A DNA stretch of 35,482 nucleotides from Candidatus Dadabacteria bacterium (GCA_963805855.1 CAWDVW010000001.1:1-35482), one strand, 5' to 3'; positions 10,753-20,533 are shown, numbered from the stretch's first letter. The notes: generated by a model not told the origin, from the letters alone. Numbers and translations: made by a program.

Positions 10753-11556
10753 ATGAGTGATCTAGAATTAATCCATAACCCGAATAACAGCGCAATGAAA
10801 GTCGCAGTCTTGCTCTCTGGATCTGGTACAAATTTCTTGGCGATTTATGATGAGCAATTAAGATTGGAAAGATTGCGGGTGGGGAACTATGGGAAGGTCG
10901 AGGTAGTTTTCACGAACGTTCCAAACTGTGAGGGGGCGGATAAGGCGAGAGATTTAGGTGTTCCAGTTGTAAGCCTCAGTTCTAAATCATTCTTTGAAAT
11001 CCTGAATAAAAACCCTGGTGATGCCGGGCTAAGAGACTATTACGATGCGGCAACAATTTCCCTAATTGAAGGCATATGCAAACCCGATATCGTGGTGCTT
11101 GCGGGTTACAGGAGACGAATCGGAGGTCTATTCTTAAACCATTATAAGAATCGAATTGTAAACCTGTTCCCTGGAGATGTCACAAAAAGGTATCTGGTCA
11201 GAGGAGTCGATGCATCGATTCAAGCTTTACGGGCTGGCGAAGGTTATATCAAATGTACGGTATACCTAGAGAAACAGGGTGAGCGATTCGGCCCATCAAT
11301 TGTTCAATCAAAACCCATTTCCTTGGAAGGGTATGAAGAACGAGACGCGCCAAGAATGCAGGAGAAGATCAGAAACGAAGGAGAATGGAGAATCTATCCC
11401 TTCGTCGTGCACCAACTCATTGCTAAAGGAAGATTAGGAATTGACGAGAATGATAATCTATACATCGATGGGAAAAGAATGCCAGAGAGAGGATACCAAT
11501 TTAAAGACACTGATTTAAACTCAATTAGCCTAAAACGCGATTCAAACAAAGAATAA
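10753..11556 (+). CDS. PurN-like formyltransferase-fold protein with a non-canonical active site
   Basis: VAVLLSGSGTNF, VFTN, DIVVLAGY, GP.IVQ and E..IYP motifs; NLFP replaces NIHP. Confidence 0.75.
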   Translation: MSDLELIHNPNNSAMKVAVLLSGSGTNFLAIYDEQLRLERLRVGNYGKVEVVFTNVPNCEGADKARDLGVPVVSLSSKSFFEILNKNPGDAGLRDYYDAATISLIEGICKPDIVVLAGYRRRIGGLFLNHYKNRIVNLFPGDVTKRYLVRGVDASIQALRAGEGYIKCTVYLEKQGERFGPSIVQSKPISLEGYEERDAPRMQEKIRNEGEWRIYPFVVHQLIAKGRLGIDENDNLYIDGKRMPERGYQFKDTDLNSISLKRDSNKE

Positions 11557-11629
11557 TAATATTCGAAAATTGTAATATCAGTCTGGGATACAATCCTAAT
11601 AAAACAAAAAAATTTATAACGAGGTGACA

Positions 11630-11938
11630 ATGGCAAATTTAATAGAGGTAGCCAAAATAAATGAAATCAAACCGGGAGAGGGGAAACTTATTGAGGTCGA
11701 GGACCATGAAATTGCCCTTTTTAACTGTGAGGGGAGCTACTATGCAATCGACAACACGTGTACTCACCAGGGTGGACCGCTGTGTGAAGGAGACCTTGAG
11801 GGAAATAAAGTCATCTGCCCATGGCATGGAGCAGAGTTCGATGTAAAAACCGGTAACGTAGTTGCTCCCCCCGCAGAGGAATCAGTTAAATCCTATAGAG
11901 TCGACGTAGATGGTGATTCAATAAAAATAGAAATATGA
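11630..11938 (+). CDS. Rieske [2Fe-2S] ferredoxin
   Basis: CTH...CPWH ligands, FDVKTG; GAGG RBS. Confidence 0.93.
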   Translation: MANLIEVAKINEIKPGEGKLIEVEDHEIALFNCEGSYYAIDNTCTHQGGPLCEGDLEGNKVICPWHGAEFDVKTGNVVAPPAEESVKSYRVDVDGDSIKIEI

Positions 11939-11961
11939 AGTAAAGCCCAAGAAGTTATGAC

Positions 11962-13230
11962 CTATAGATGGAGCTCCTCATATAATTCACCAGACGGCCT
12001 CTCCCTGGCCAGATCTTCAGCACTCTTCAATTCCGGCCTGAGTTCAGAATCTAATATTAAATCCGAAAGCGCAACCCCAGCCCCATACGAAATCATAAGG
12101 CCTCTTCCGGTGTGTGCGACACATTCGTACACATTCTTTAACCCGCTCACTCCCCCAAGATAACCCGATCTGTCAGGAGTTTCAGCGTAAACACCAGCCC
12201 ATCCTCTCAAAAGCTTAACGTTTTCAAACTTGCTGATCCGTTTCGACAATGGCTCCCAAATATACTTTACAAATTGACTCTTCTCATCCATTCCACCAAA
12301 ACTGAACTCAAAATTATAACCATAGGGCTCATCCATATTTGAATACCCGGCAAGAATGTTCTCTCCCTCTTTATGAAAGTAGATATCAGAAGTATCAATT
12401 ATCATTCCATAATTCGTAAGATCGAGATCACGAGAAGAAATAAGCACCATTTGCCTTCTTCGAGGCATGATCTTATCATCGCTAAGACCATATAACCTTG
12501 AGATTGTGGGCGACCATGCGCCTGAGGTGTTTATGAGAGTCCCGCACGTAAAAGTAGTTAGATCCTGAAAAGAGCGATGAAAACCCTTCACAAGAATCTC
12601 TTTGACAATCTCTGAGGAGTCCACCACCCGCTCAAAGAGCTTTGTTAAATCGTATCCTACGACTCCAGTAACAAATTCATCTTTCAAAACCACATCCTTT
12701 ACGTAAATCCTATCAATGAACTGAACGCCCATTTTCCTCGCTTCTCTTCTATAATGTTCCCTCAGAGAATAGTGATCAATCAAACCTGCTTTTCGTGAAA
12801 TGGAAAGACCCGCAACACCTTCTAAGTTATCGACAAATGGCAGGAGGTCGGGAATTTTTCCTCTGGAATGCAGTTCAACATTCAAATCATATTCTTTGTA
12901 GAGAGGATGATTATTATTGATCTCAAGCCATGACTCTACATCATGCATCCAGTAGTAGCCAAATTCCCTAAACTGGATATCATTCTTAATGGTTCTATAG
13001 AAATCAATAGAGAATTTGCAGAGTTCAATGTTTGCACGATTCCGCCAGGTTGCCCTAACTCCACCAGCATTCTTAAGGGTCGAAGAATGCTCACCCTCGA
13101 GATCTAGATCGATAACGCCGATATTGACCGGCCTACCCCTTTGCTCGAGCCCTTTAGCTAGAGCCATAGAACATGACGAGCCCAGGATTCCTCCGCCAAC
13201 TAATAGAATGTCAAATTCATAATCCGTCAT
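11962..13230 (-). CDS. FAD-dependent oxidoreductase, DAO / sarcosine-oxidase-beta family
   Basis: VGGGILG, STLKNAGG, SGAWS, GWAGVY.TPD, G.GLM motifs. Confidence 0.85.
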   Translation of the reverse strand: MTDYEFDILLVGGGILGSSCSMALAKGLEQRGRPVNIGVIDLDLEGEHSSTLKNAGGVRATWRNRANIELCKFSIDFYRTIKNDIQFREFGYYWMHDVESWLEINNNHPLYKEYDLNVELHSRGKIPDLLPFVDNLEGVAGLSISRKAGLIDHYSLREHYRREARKMGVQFIDRIYVKDVVLKDEFVTGVVGYDLTKLFERVVDSSEIVKEILVKGFHRSFQDLTTFTCGTLINTSGAWSPTISRLYGLSDDKIMPRRRQMVLISSRDLDLTNYGMIIDTSDIYFHKEGENILAGYSNMDEPYGYNFEFSFGGMDEKSQFVKYIWEPLSKRISKFENVKLLRGWAGVYAETPDRSGYLGGVSGLKNVYECVAHTGRGLMISYGAGVALSDLILDSELRPELKSAEDLARERPSGELYEELHL

Positions 13231-13389
13231 CGCTAACTTCTTAAATTGAACATCACCAAGTACCGCTTAACAATTATTGAAACATGATGCCATCTATAAT
13301 CAGTTTAAGTTTTTTTACGCAATAACAAAATTTATCATTGACTTTAACCATAATCGAATGGATTATTTCATCATTTTAGTGACGGCAAA

Positions 13390-13902
13390 ATGAGCAGCAA
13401 TTCAAGCATGGCGTCCAGGAGTCGAAAGCCTTTATTTCTTCAGGAAGCTGATGGAAAGGGACAAGGGGTTTTTACGCTGGGGCGTTATGAAGCGGGGGAG
13501 AAGATACTTTGTTTTAAAGGAAATATAGTCGACCTTGATGAGGTTGAGGACCACGGGAAGTATCTCCAGGTCGGAAAGCACCTTTTTCTTGGTTCATCCG
13601 GTGAAATAGACGATTTTGTAAACCATTCCTGTGAGCCAAACTGCGGTGTTGCTCTAAGGCAAGGGAACATACTACTCATTTCAATACGAGAAATTCAACC
13701 AAACGAAGAATTGACCTTTGATTATTCGACCTGGATGGCATACGACTACTGGGAAATGGATTGCATATGCGGAAATACCCACTGTCGTAAGAAGATTAAG
13801 GATTTCAAATATCTTCGTAGAGAATTGAGGCAAAAATATATTGATCTCAATGTAGTCCCCGATTATGTTCTCAGGGAAATTCAATTTCAAGTGAAGTGCT
13901 AG
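13390..13902 (+). CDS. SET domain protein-lysine methyltransferase with post-SET motif
   Basis: GKGQGVF, NHSCEPNC, EELTFDY, CICGNTHC. Confidence 0.92.
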   Translation: MSSNSSMASRSRKPLFLQEADGKGQGVFTLGRYEAGEKILCFKGNIVDLDEVEDHGKYLQVGKHLFLGSSGEIDDFVNHSCEPNCGVALRQGNILLISIREIQPNEELTFDYSTWMAYDYWEMDCICGNTHCRKKIKDFKYLRRELRQKYIDLNVVPDYVLREIQFQVKC

Positions 13903-15434
13903 TTTTTAAAAAGGACCTCGTAAAGGTCGTGCCGCCTGTGCTGCCAGTTTAGCACAGTGCCGCTTCTTCTGTAACGATCCAGTAATTCAAGATCCACGTC
14001 ATGTATGACTAGAGTTTCAATGTTAGGTGTGCATTCAGAAGCAATTCCATCCCTTGAAAACCCAAAATCAGAAGGTGTGAATATACCTGATTGTGCATAC
14101 TGAATATCCATATTCTCCGTAAAAGGTAAATTGCCCACGGTCCCAGCTAATGCGACAAAAACCTGATTCTCTATACATCTTGCCTGTGCGCAATAGCGTA
14201 CCCTCAGATAACCGTGCCTCTCATCTGTGCAAAAAGGGACAAAGATTATCCTCGCTCCCTTGTCAACTGCGATACGACTTACCTCTGGAAACTCTATGTC
14301 ATAACAAATCTGAATCGATATGTTGCCAGAATCGGTGTTAAAAACTTCAATCTTAGTACCTGGCTGTACGCCCCACCAGCGCTTTTCGCTCGGAGTGATA
14401 TGGAGTTTATACTGTTTACCAATCTCACCGTTTCTCTTGAATAAGTAAGAAATGTTATACAGATCGTCTTCCTCGAGTGTAAAATGCGAGCCGCCTATTA
14501 TGTTGACGTTATATCGAATAGCAAGTTTAGAAAACAGCTCGAGATATAATGGGGTGAAATCGCTAAGCTTTCTAACAGCTAGAGCAGGTCTTTCAGCCTC
14601 TGCAAAAGACAGTAACTGCGTAGTCAAAAGTTCCGGGAACAATATAAAGTGAGAATGGTATCCTGAAGCCACATCGACAAAATATTCGCACTGCTGGGAA
14701 AATTCGTCAAAGCTTTTGATTGGCCTCATCTGATACTGTATTACACATATCCTGACGGGACGCGATGGGAGTAATTTCTTATTGGTCGTAGGCTGATAAT
14801 CCAAATTTATCCATTCCAGAAGGGTAGCCCATCCATCGGACTCGACGTCAGAAGTTAAATACGACCGAATCAATCTCTTTAAAACAAAACCATTTGCAAT
14901 CTGCATTGTAAGTACCGGGTCATAAAGTTTCTTAACTATAACCTTTTCCACATACTCTCTGGCCGACATTTTATGTTTATGCTTTCCATATCCAGAAATC
15001 CGTCCTCCCACGATTATCCTTTTTAGATTCAGTTCCCGACAAAGCTGCTTCCTGGCATCATAAAGCCGGCGAGATAGCCTCATACGCCTAAAATCAGGAT
15101 CTACCATGATTTCAATACCATATAACGTATCACCTTCCGGATCGTGGTTCCTGATGTAGCCTTCATCAGTAATTTCATTCCAGCTATGACCTTCCTCATA
15201 TTCATCAAAGTCAATAACGAGACTACTCGATGATGCAACTATCCTACCATGGTATTCAACGACAATTTGGCCCTCAGGAAATACTCTCAACTGGCTTTCA
15301 ATGTGCTCCTTTTTCCATGCTTTCATATCTGGAAAGCATCGTCGCTCCAACTCTACCAACTGGTCAAAATCGTCTATTTTCAAGGGTCGAACTAAAATCC
15401 TTTTTTCAAATTGCTTGTGATTTACTCTTACCAT
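13899..15434 (-). CDS. Bifunctional GNAT N-acetyltransferase / carbon-nitrogen hydrolase
   Basis: GNAT (VDPDFRRMRLSRRLY) plus nitrilase triad FPE, YKLH, ICYD; AGGAG RBS before ATG 15434. Confidence 0.93.
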   Translation of the reverse strand: MVRVNHKQFEKRILVRPLKIDDFDQLVELERRCFPDMKAWKKEHIESQLRVFPEGQIVVEYHGRIVASSSSLVIDFDEYEEGHSWNEITDEGYIRNHDPEGDTLYGIEIMVDPDFRRMRLSRRLYDARKQLCRELNLKRIIVGGRISGYGKHKHKMSAREYVEKVIVKKLYDPVLTMQIANGFVLKRLIRSYLTSDVESDGWATLLEWINLDYQPTTNKKLLPSRPVRICVIQYQMRPIKSFDEFSQQCEYFVDVASGYHSHFILFPELLTTQLLSFAEAERPALAVRKLSDFTPLYLELFSKLAIRYNVNIIGGSHFTLEEDDLYNISYLFKRNGEIGKQYKLHITPSEKRWWGVQPGTKIEVFNTDSGNISIQICYDIEFPEVSRIAVDKGARIIFVPFCTDERHGYLRVRYCAQARCIENQVFVALAGTVGNLPFTENMDIQYAQSGIFTPSDFGFSRDGIASECTPNIETLVIHDVDLELLDRYRRSGTVLNWQHRRHDLYEVLFKN

Positions 15435-15471
15435 TAACAATTTCTCCTGATTAAGATAATATTTAATTGAA

Positions 15472-15500
15472 ATTGTAAGTTAGCTGCCCTATCTCGTCAA
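15472..15500 (-). promoter_or_regulatory. sigma70-type promoter of the GNAT-nitrilase gene
   Basis: Minus strand TTGACG, 17 bp, TACAAT. Confidence 0.65.
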
Positions 15501-15567
15501 ATTACCCACAGGGAATCGAAGGAACTCGTTACGGACCAGGATATCATTCTTAATTGAATATGGGCAG

Positions 15568-15623
15568 CCCACCAGTTCCTACCCTCCCCCCCACGCGGGT
15601 AGCACACCAGTCTTGCTGGTGGG
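15568..15623. other. GC-rich nested stem-loop (terminator or structured RNA candidate)
   Basis: CCCACCAG/CTGGTGGG outer stem, CTACCC/GGGTAG inner stem, second CACCAG copy at 15605. Confidence 0.5.
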
Positions 15624-15634
15624 ACTATCAATTG

Positions 15635-16138
15635 TCACGGGATTTTTTTATGCCTTCTAATAGCTTCCTTTGTCTCTTTAACCATCTTTTCAAGTGGGAA
15701 TGCAAAAAGGTACTGACCACTGTCGTCTAATACCTCAATCGTGCGAGATGAAACCTTATCAAAGAACTGGACCTTATTTCCGTCCGTAAATAAGACCCAG
15801 TTTTGGGGTTTTTTTAGAACATCGGGCATTTTCTTCTTTAAAAAGTCAACCACCTCTCTAAAACGCTTTACCGATATCCCCTTCTTATGCAAAACAACAA
15901 GCCACCTGAGAAGAATAAAATCCTCTACCGAGTATAGCTTTGGAACCCCCCTACCCTGAGCACTTCTTATGCTCGGAACCACAAGCCCGGTGTGTTCATA
16001 ATAAAAGAGCTGATCAAAATCGATTACAACACCCTCAAGGGATTCGATGAGCTCCATTACTTCCTTACTCTTTAATCCATGAAGAACTTTCGGTTTCGCT
16101 TCCCTGGATCTTTTCCCTTACTTTTTATCGCTCACCAT
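15635..16138 (-). CDS. MerR family HTH transcriptional regulator; in-frame TAA at 16118-16120, or true start at 16057
   Basis: QLFYYEHTGLVVPS...G.PKLYS.ED motif; upstream in-frame MVSDKK*GK...GLKSKEV supplies HTH helix 1. Confidence 0.75.
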
Positions 16139-16246
16139 AATGTCAGTGTTTCATCATAAAAATATTAGCCAAGCAAATGACAATACCTAATGATTCCAGC
16201 CCACTTGGTTCAAAATAGCACAAACACTAAAATGATTCAACTATTA

Positions 16247-16276
16247 TTGACACCCAATCCATATATGAGTTAGCAT
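16247..16276 (+). promoter_or_regulatory. sigma70-type promoter
   Basis: TTGACA, 18 bp, TAGCAT upstream of ATG 16322. Confidence 0.55.
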
Positions 16277-16321
16277 TTTGTCACCAATTACCCCATTCCC
16301 TTTTTCCATGGAGATCGAGTC

Positions 16322-17206
16322 ATGGTGAAAGCACAAGAACTTAGGGCAATCTTATCAAGACCATATTCTCTGGTGGTGCCGGGGATCTACGATTGTCTTA
16401 GTGCTAAAATAGCTGAGAAAACTGGTTTCGAGGTCATTTTTACAAGCGGATTTGGTATTTCAGCATCAACCCTCGGCCTTCCTGATTTCGGCTTCCTTGG
16501 CGAAAACGAGATGATAGGTCGAGTAAGCCAAATTTCCAAATCCGTAAATATTCCAGTTGTTGCTGACATAGATACAGGATATGGAAACCAAATAAATGTG
16601 ATAAAAACAGTATCGGATATAGTCGATCTTGGAGTTGCCGGAGTTATTTTGGAAGACCAGATGTGGCCAAAGAAATGTGGCCACTTTGAAGGGAAGCAAA
16701 TCATAAGCATGGAAGAGCATGTTGCGAAAATACAAGCCGCGATTTACGCCAGAGGAGACAGCGGATTGGTTATTTTTGCCCGCACAGATGCGAGAGCACC
16801 GTTGGGTCTTGATGAAGCAATTCGACGGGGGCGTTCGTATCTTGATGCGGGGGCTGATGTATTATTTATCGAAGCTCCAGAGTCGGTAGAAGAACTGAGG
16901 GAGATCTCAAGTGCCTTTCCGGACGATTGGCTCTTTGCAAACATGGTTGAAGGTGGGAAAACACCGTTTCTCTCGGCTGAAGAGCTAGAAGAGCTGGGAT
17001 ACAAATTTATTGTCTTTCCTGTCTCTGCTTTATTTGCAGCGACAGAGGCCATGGAGAAATGCCTTTCTCATATCAAAAAGTACAAATCAACCGCAGGCTA
17101 TTGTGATGAGTTTTCATTGAAGGATTTTGAAAAAATTATCGACGTTCCAAAATTTCGGATGCTCGAAAAAAAATTTGGCGTAAAAAACGAGGGTTTAAAA
17201 ACGTAA
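16322..17206 (+). CDS. Isocitrate lyase / PEP mutase family enzyme (PrpB / oxaloacetate-decarboxylase-like)
   Basis: DIDTGYG, EDQ..PKKCGH, ARTDA, GAD..F.EA, NMVEGGKTP. Confidence 0.9.
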   Translation: MVKAQELRAILSRPYSLVVPGIYDCLSAKIAEKTGFEVIFTSGFGISASTLGLPDFGFLGENEMIGRVSQISKSVNIPVVADIDTGYGNQINVIKTVSDIVDLGVAGVILEDQMWPKKCGHFEGKQIISMEEHVAKIQAAIYARGDSGLVIFARTDARAPLGLDEAIRRGRSYLDAGADVLFIEAPESVEELREISSAFPDDWLFANMVEGGKTPFLSAEELEELGYKFIVFPVSALFAATEAMEKCLSHIKKYKSTAGYCDEFSLKDFEKIIDVPKFRMLEKKFGVKNEGLKT

Positions 17207-17227
17207 CCTTTGCTAAGTCATGAACTG

Positions 17228-17541
17228 CCCCGCAGCAAACTACAGGAAATTCGCGGTTTAAACAGCTAACAAATTAAAAGGGTAGGCAACGAGTCTTGCT
17301 CGTTGTCATCCTGCAGGATATCAGCACAACCCGGGGGAGATTGCTTCAATTTGCTTCACAAATTTCGCAATGACAGCAGGACGGTAGGGCTGTGTGTCAT
17401 CTAAGACGGCGAAGTGTTCGCAATGGCAACTTCTTTTCGTTATTGATAGCAAACTAGTTTCTGTCACGAGCAAGCCTGTACGAGCCAGTCGAAGTATTCG
17501 CAACAATAGTGGAAACCCTTCAGCAAACTAGAGGGAATTCG
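17228..17541. repeat. Mosaic of degenerate palindromic (REP/MITE-like) repeats
   Basis: Flanking imperfect direct repeats 17228-17253 and 17516-17541; GTAG hairpin 17282-17307; GAGATTGCTTC...CGCAATGAC 17337-17374. Confidence 0.6.
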
Positions 17542-17578
17542 TTAGCTAAAATGGGAACCCAAAAACAAGGATGGAGCA

Positions 17579-19021
17579 TTAAGGAGGCATAAAGGGAATC
17601 GGGATCGCTTGTCCATTTAATTCCAAGACCCCTTTGCTGTAAGCTAATTTTAGTTCATACTTGTTATCGTTAAAAGCAAAAATATTTAATTGAAGTAGAC
17701 TTTTGATCTTTTCGTTTGAAGCTGATTCGGCTAAAAGACTTAATTGATCCTCCGCAGGTATTTCTTTACCTTTTTGCTTCATTGCTTCTTTTAGTTCCTC
17801 TCTCGCAATTTCTTTAATTATAAGTTCGAACATAGCCTTGGGAACAGATACCATCGCATCGGCATTTATAGCCTCAATCGCATAAAATGGATTTAGCTTT
17901 AACTGCGAACCTTTCCCGTCAATATATACTTTCGCGTTAGCCATGAATTCACCATCGGGGGTTCCGAGCCTAAGTTTTGTGATTTCAAACTCCGCATGAT
18001 CATCCGCCAGCCGGGGTAAATATTTCATGATTCTACCCAATGTTCTCAATCCCTTTTGTTGAGGGGTAATTACTTCTCCACCCAGGCTATCAATTGATTT
18101 GTTTATCTCATGAAATGCATCGGAAGCGATATTACGCACCGAAAACTCAAATGCGCCCGGCCCGAATTTATTCGACTCATTGACGATCAGTTTATCAAAA
18201 CCAAATTTTTGAGAACCATTTATCAATCCGTCTTTCACCACACTCGACCATGATGACTCCAGCCCGTTTAATGACAGTAATTGAATTTCATCCGAACCTA
18301 GGGAGAAATTGTGAACTTCAACATTTTTTGTTTTGAAAGATATTGAGTCAAGCTGACCGTTTATTTTGTTGTTCGCATCCTGTAAATTTAAAGCAATTTC
18401 GGCGTTACTAAATGACAACGAGAAATCCTCGTCTATAATCTCCAATCCTGGAAAATAAAGATCCATCCTTAATTTATTGCCTTTTGGAACAAAGCTTGAA
18501 TTGCCACCTAAGCCTTTCCAGGTTAAAAACTCTTTTAGGTTCTCATGCCTGTAGGAAAAAGACTGCATTGAGATATTACTCGTACCATCGCCCTGAAGCG
18601 AAAAGACAGTGTCTATCTCAAGAGGAGGCAGCAGCTTGAGCATATCGGCAAGTTCAGATCGGTTATTCAGTTGACCCCTCACCTCTGTCTTGATATGAGC
18701 CAAAAAAGGTTCCAACTTTATCTTGCGCCGTAAAATACCCTTGAGAGATATTGGTCCGTGGACTACGTAATCATGTTCACTCAATGCCAGGATCAGTCTA
18801 TTCCCCTTTCTATATTCAAAGATTGTTTCGGCATTGGAACTAAACCATCCACGATCATATTTCTTTGAAACCACCCTCAGATTACTCACTTCTGCCCAAT
18901 GTTCCACCCATTTGCTATATGCATTCTCAGCCTTGATGCCAAAAACAAACGTTGTGACTCCAACAGCAAGGATCAAGATAAATACAATAATGGCCAGAAT
19001 GATAGAAAATTTTCCAATCAT
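17579..19021 (-). CDS. YdgA / DUF945 family protein
   Basis: N-terminal TM, YDRGWFSS, HGP, TPDG and terminal LELNGQ motifs. Confidence 0.88.
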   Translation of the reverse strand: MIGKFSIILAIIVFILILAVGVTTFVFGIKAENAYSKWVEHWAEVSNLRVVSKKYDRGWFSSNAETIFEYRKGNRLILALSEHDYVVHGPISLKGILRRKIKLEPFLAHIKTEVRGQLNNRSELADMLKLLPPLEIDTVFSLQGDGTSNISMQSFSYRHENLKEFLTWKGLGGNSSFVPKGNKLRMDLYFPGLEIIDEDFSLSFSNAEIALNLQDANNKINGQLDSISFKTKNVEVHNFSLGSDEIQLLSLNGLESSWSSVVKDGLINGSQKFGFDKLIVNESNKFGPGAFEFSVRNIASDAFHEINKSIDSLGGEVITPQQKGLRTLGRIMKYLPRLADDHAEFEITKLRLGTPDGEFMANAKVYIDGKGSQLKLNPFYAIEAINADAMVSVPKAMFELIIKEIAREELKEAMKQKGKEIPAEDQLSLLAESASNEKIKSLLQLNIFAFNDNKYELKLAYSKGVLELNGQAIPIPFMPP

Positions 19022-19453
19022 GCCAACAATAATAAAACAGCTTCCCTGTCAATTTACAATACTGCATCAATATATATTGAAATCCAAAAATTATTAGGCT
19101 TAATATCCTTAATCGAGATTAATTAAGTATTCAAGGAATAAATGGCAAAAATATCATGGCTCTCAAAGCAACCACTCTAATCATTTTATATTTGATTACA
19201 TTAAGTTCTGTTACATCTAATGAAGCATGGTACGGGCAACGAACCAGACGGAATGGTGTTTTTTCGGGGTGATAATTGACAAATGCTTTGGAGCCAGGAT
19301 TTATCTCGAAGATAATTTAATGAAAGAAAAAAGCCTTTTAAGGGAGATTTTCCCTTTAATTTTCGGCAAAGACCAAATCGAATAAAATTGTGATTAAACT
19401 GTTTTAAAATTTTCCGTAATACTCATTAAGGGTAAATCATAAGCCTGAGCTAT

Positions 19454-20533
19454 ATGACAAAACAGCAAATATTCACCGGATTCTTTGTCCTAATATTTAT
19501 CTTCTTATTCTATCTGTTTTATCAGGTACTTAAGCCTTTCCTGATTTCACTTCTCTGGGCGGGAATACTTGCCTTGATTCTACATCCAGTTTATGAACGA
19601 CTAAAAACAATCCTTAGAAATAAGTCGGGTATATCATCGTTGATTATGACGTTTTTAACCGTATGTATAATTGTGATACCATTAATCTTAATAACCGCTT
19701 CATTATCTATTGAAATCTTTGACATATACAAGTCTGCACAATCTAGTGGTGAGTTTGAAAAGTTAGGACGAATAGCGCAAAAATTTACAAGGCTAGATAC
19801 ATTAAAAGATTTTGTTCCCTCAGGAATTTTAGAAAAGGTAGTGAAGAATTTCGATTTAGGGCAGTTGAACCTCCAGGAAATCCTTATTAAAGGAGTTGGC
19901 AAAGCGAGCAATTATCTATTAGGGAAATTTCAGGATATCGCTCGAAATCTAACCAGCTTCATATTTAATTTCGTAATTATGGTATTTGCGCTATTCTTCT
20001 TCTTTCGGGATGGAAAAGGAATCTGTAAAGAGCTAATAACACTAATACCAATGAAAGAGAGCGAAAAAACCAAAATTTTTGCGATTTTCTCTAATACGAT
20101 TGATGCCGTGATAATGGGCAGTCTGGCAATCGCCGTAGCCCAGGGTTTACTGCTTGGGCTCATGTTCTGGATCTTGGGGATTTCATACCCGGTTATTGCC
20201 GGAGCGCTCTCATTCATCTTGTCCATTTTGCCACTCGTAGGCGCGGTGGTTGTGTGGGCACCTGTCGGAATTTACCTTCTTTTTACAGGGTCGATCGTCA
20301 AGGGGATAATACTTCTTCTTTTTGGTGCATTGGTAATCAGCACTGTCGATAACGTGCTTAGACCTCTGATAATTGGAGGAAGGGTAAAACTGCCTACACT
20401 TTTTTTGTTATTAAGTATAATTGGGGGCATACAGTATTTCGGTTTTTCCGGAATCGTACTCGGTCCTGTACTTCTCGCAGTATTCATAAGTTTTATAGAA
20501 ATATATAAGCAGACCTACAAAGAATTAGCCTAA
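19454..20533 (+). CDS. AI-2E family transporter
   Basis: FFFFRDG, AQG, P.VG..VWAP, DNVLRP, GG...FG..G...GP motifs. Confidence 0.93.
   Translation: MTKQQIFTGFFVLIFIFLFYLFYQVLKPFLISLLWAGILALILHPVYERLKTILRNKSGISSLIMTFLTVCIIVIPLILITASLSIEIFDIYKSAQSSGEFEKLGRIAQKFTRLDTLKDFVPSGILEKVVKNFDLGQLNLQEILIKGVGKASNYLLGKFQDIARNLTSFIFNFVIMVFALFFFFRDGKGICKELITLIPMKESEKTKIFAIFSNTIDAVIMGSLAIAVAQGLLLGLMFWILGISYPVIAGALSFILSILPLVGAVVVWAPVGIYLLFTGSIVKGIILLLFGALVISTVDNVLRPLIIGGRVKLPTLFLLLSIIGGIQYFGFSGIVLGPVLLAVFISFIEIYKQTYKELA

Noticed and set aside
10753-11556. Calling the gene purN
   Set aside because: Catalytic His/Asp are absent, so the symbol is withheld
17321-17506. 61-aa ORF
   Set aside because: Translation of palindromic repeat sequence; no coding signal
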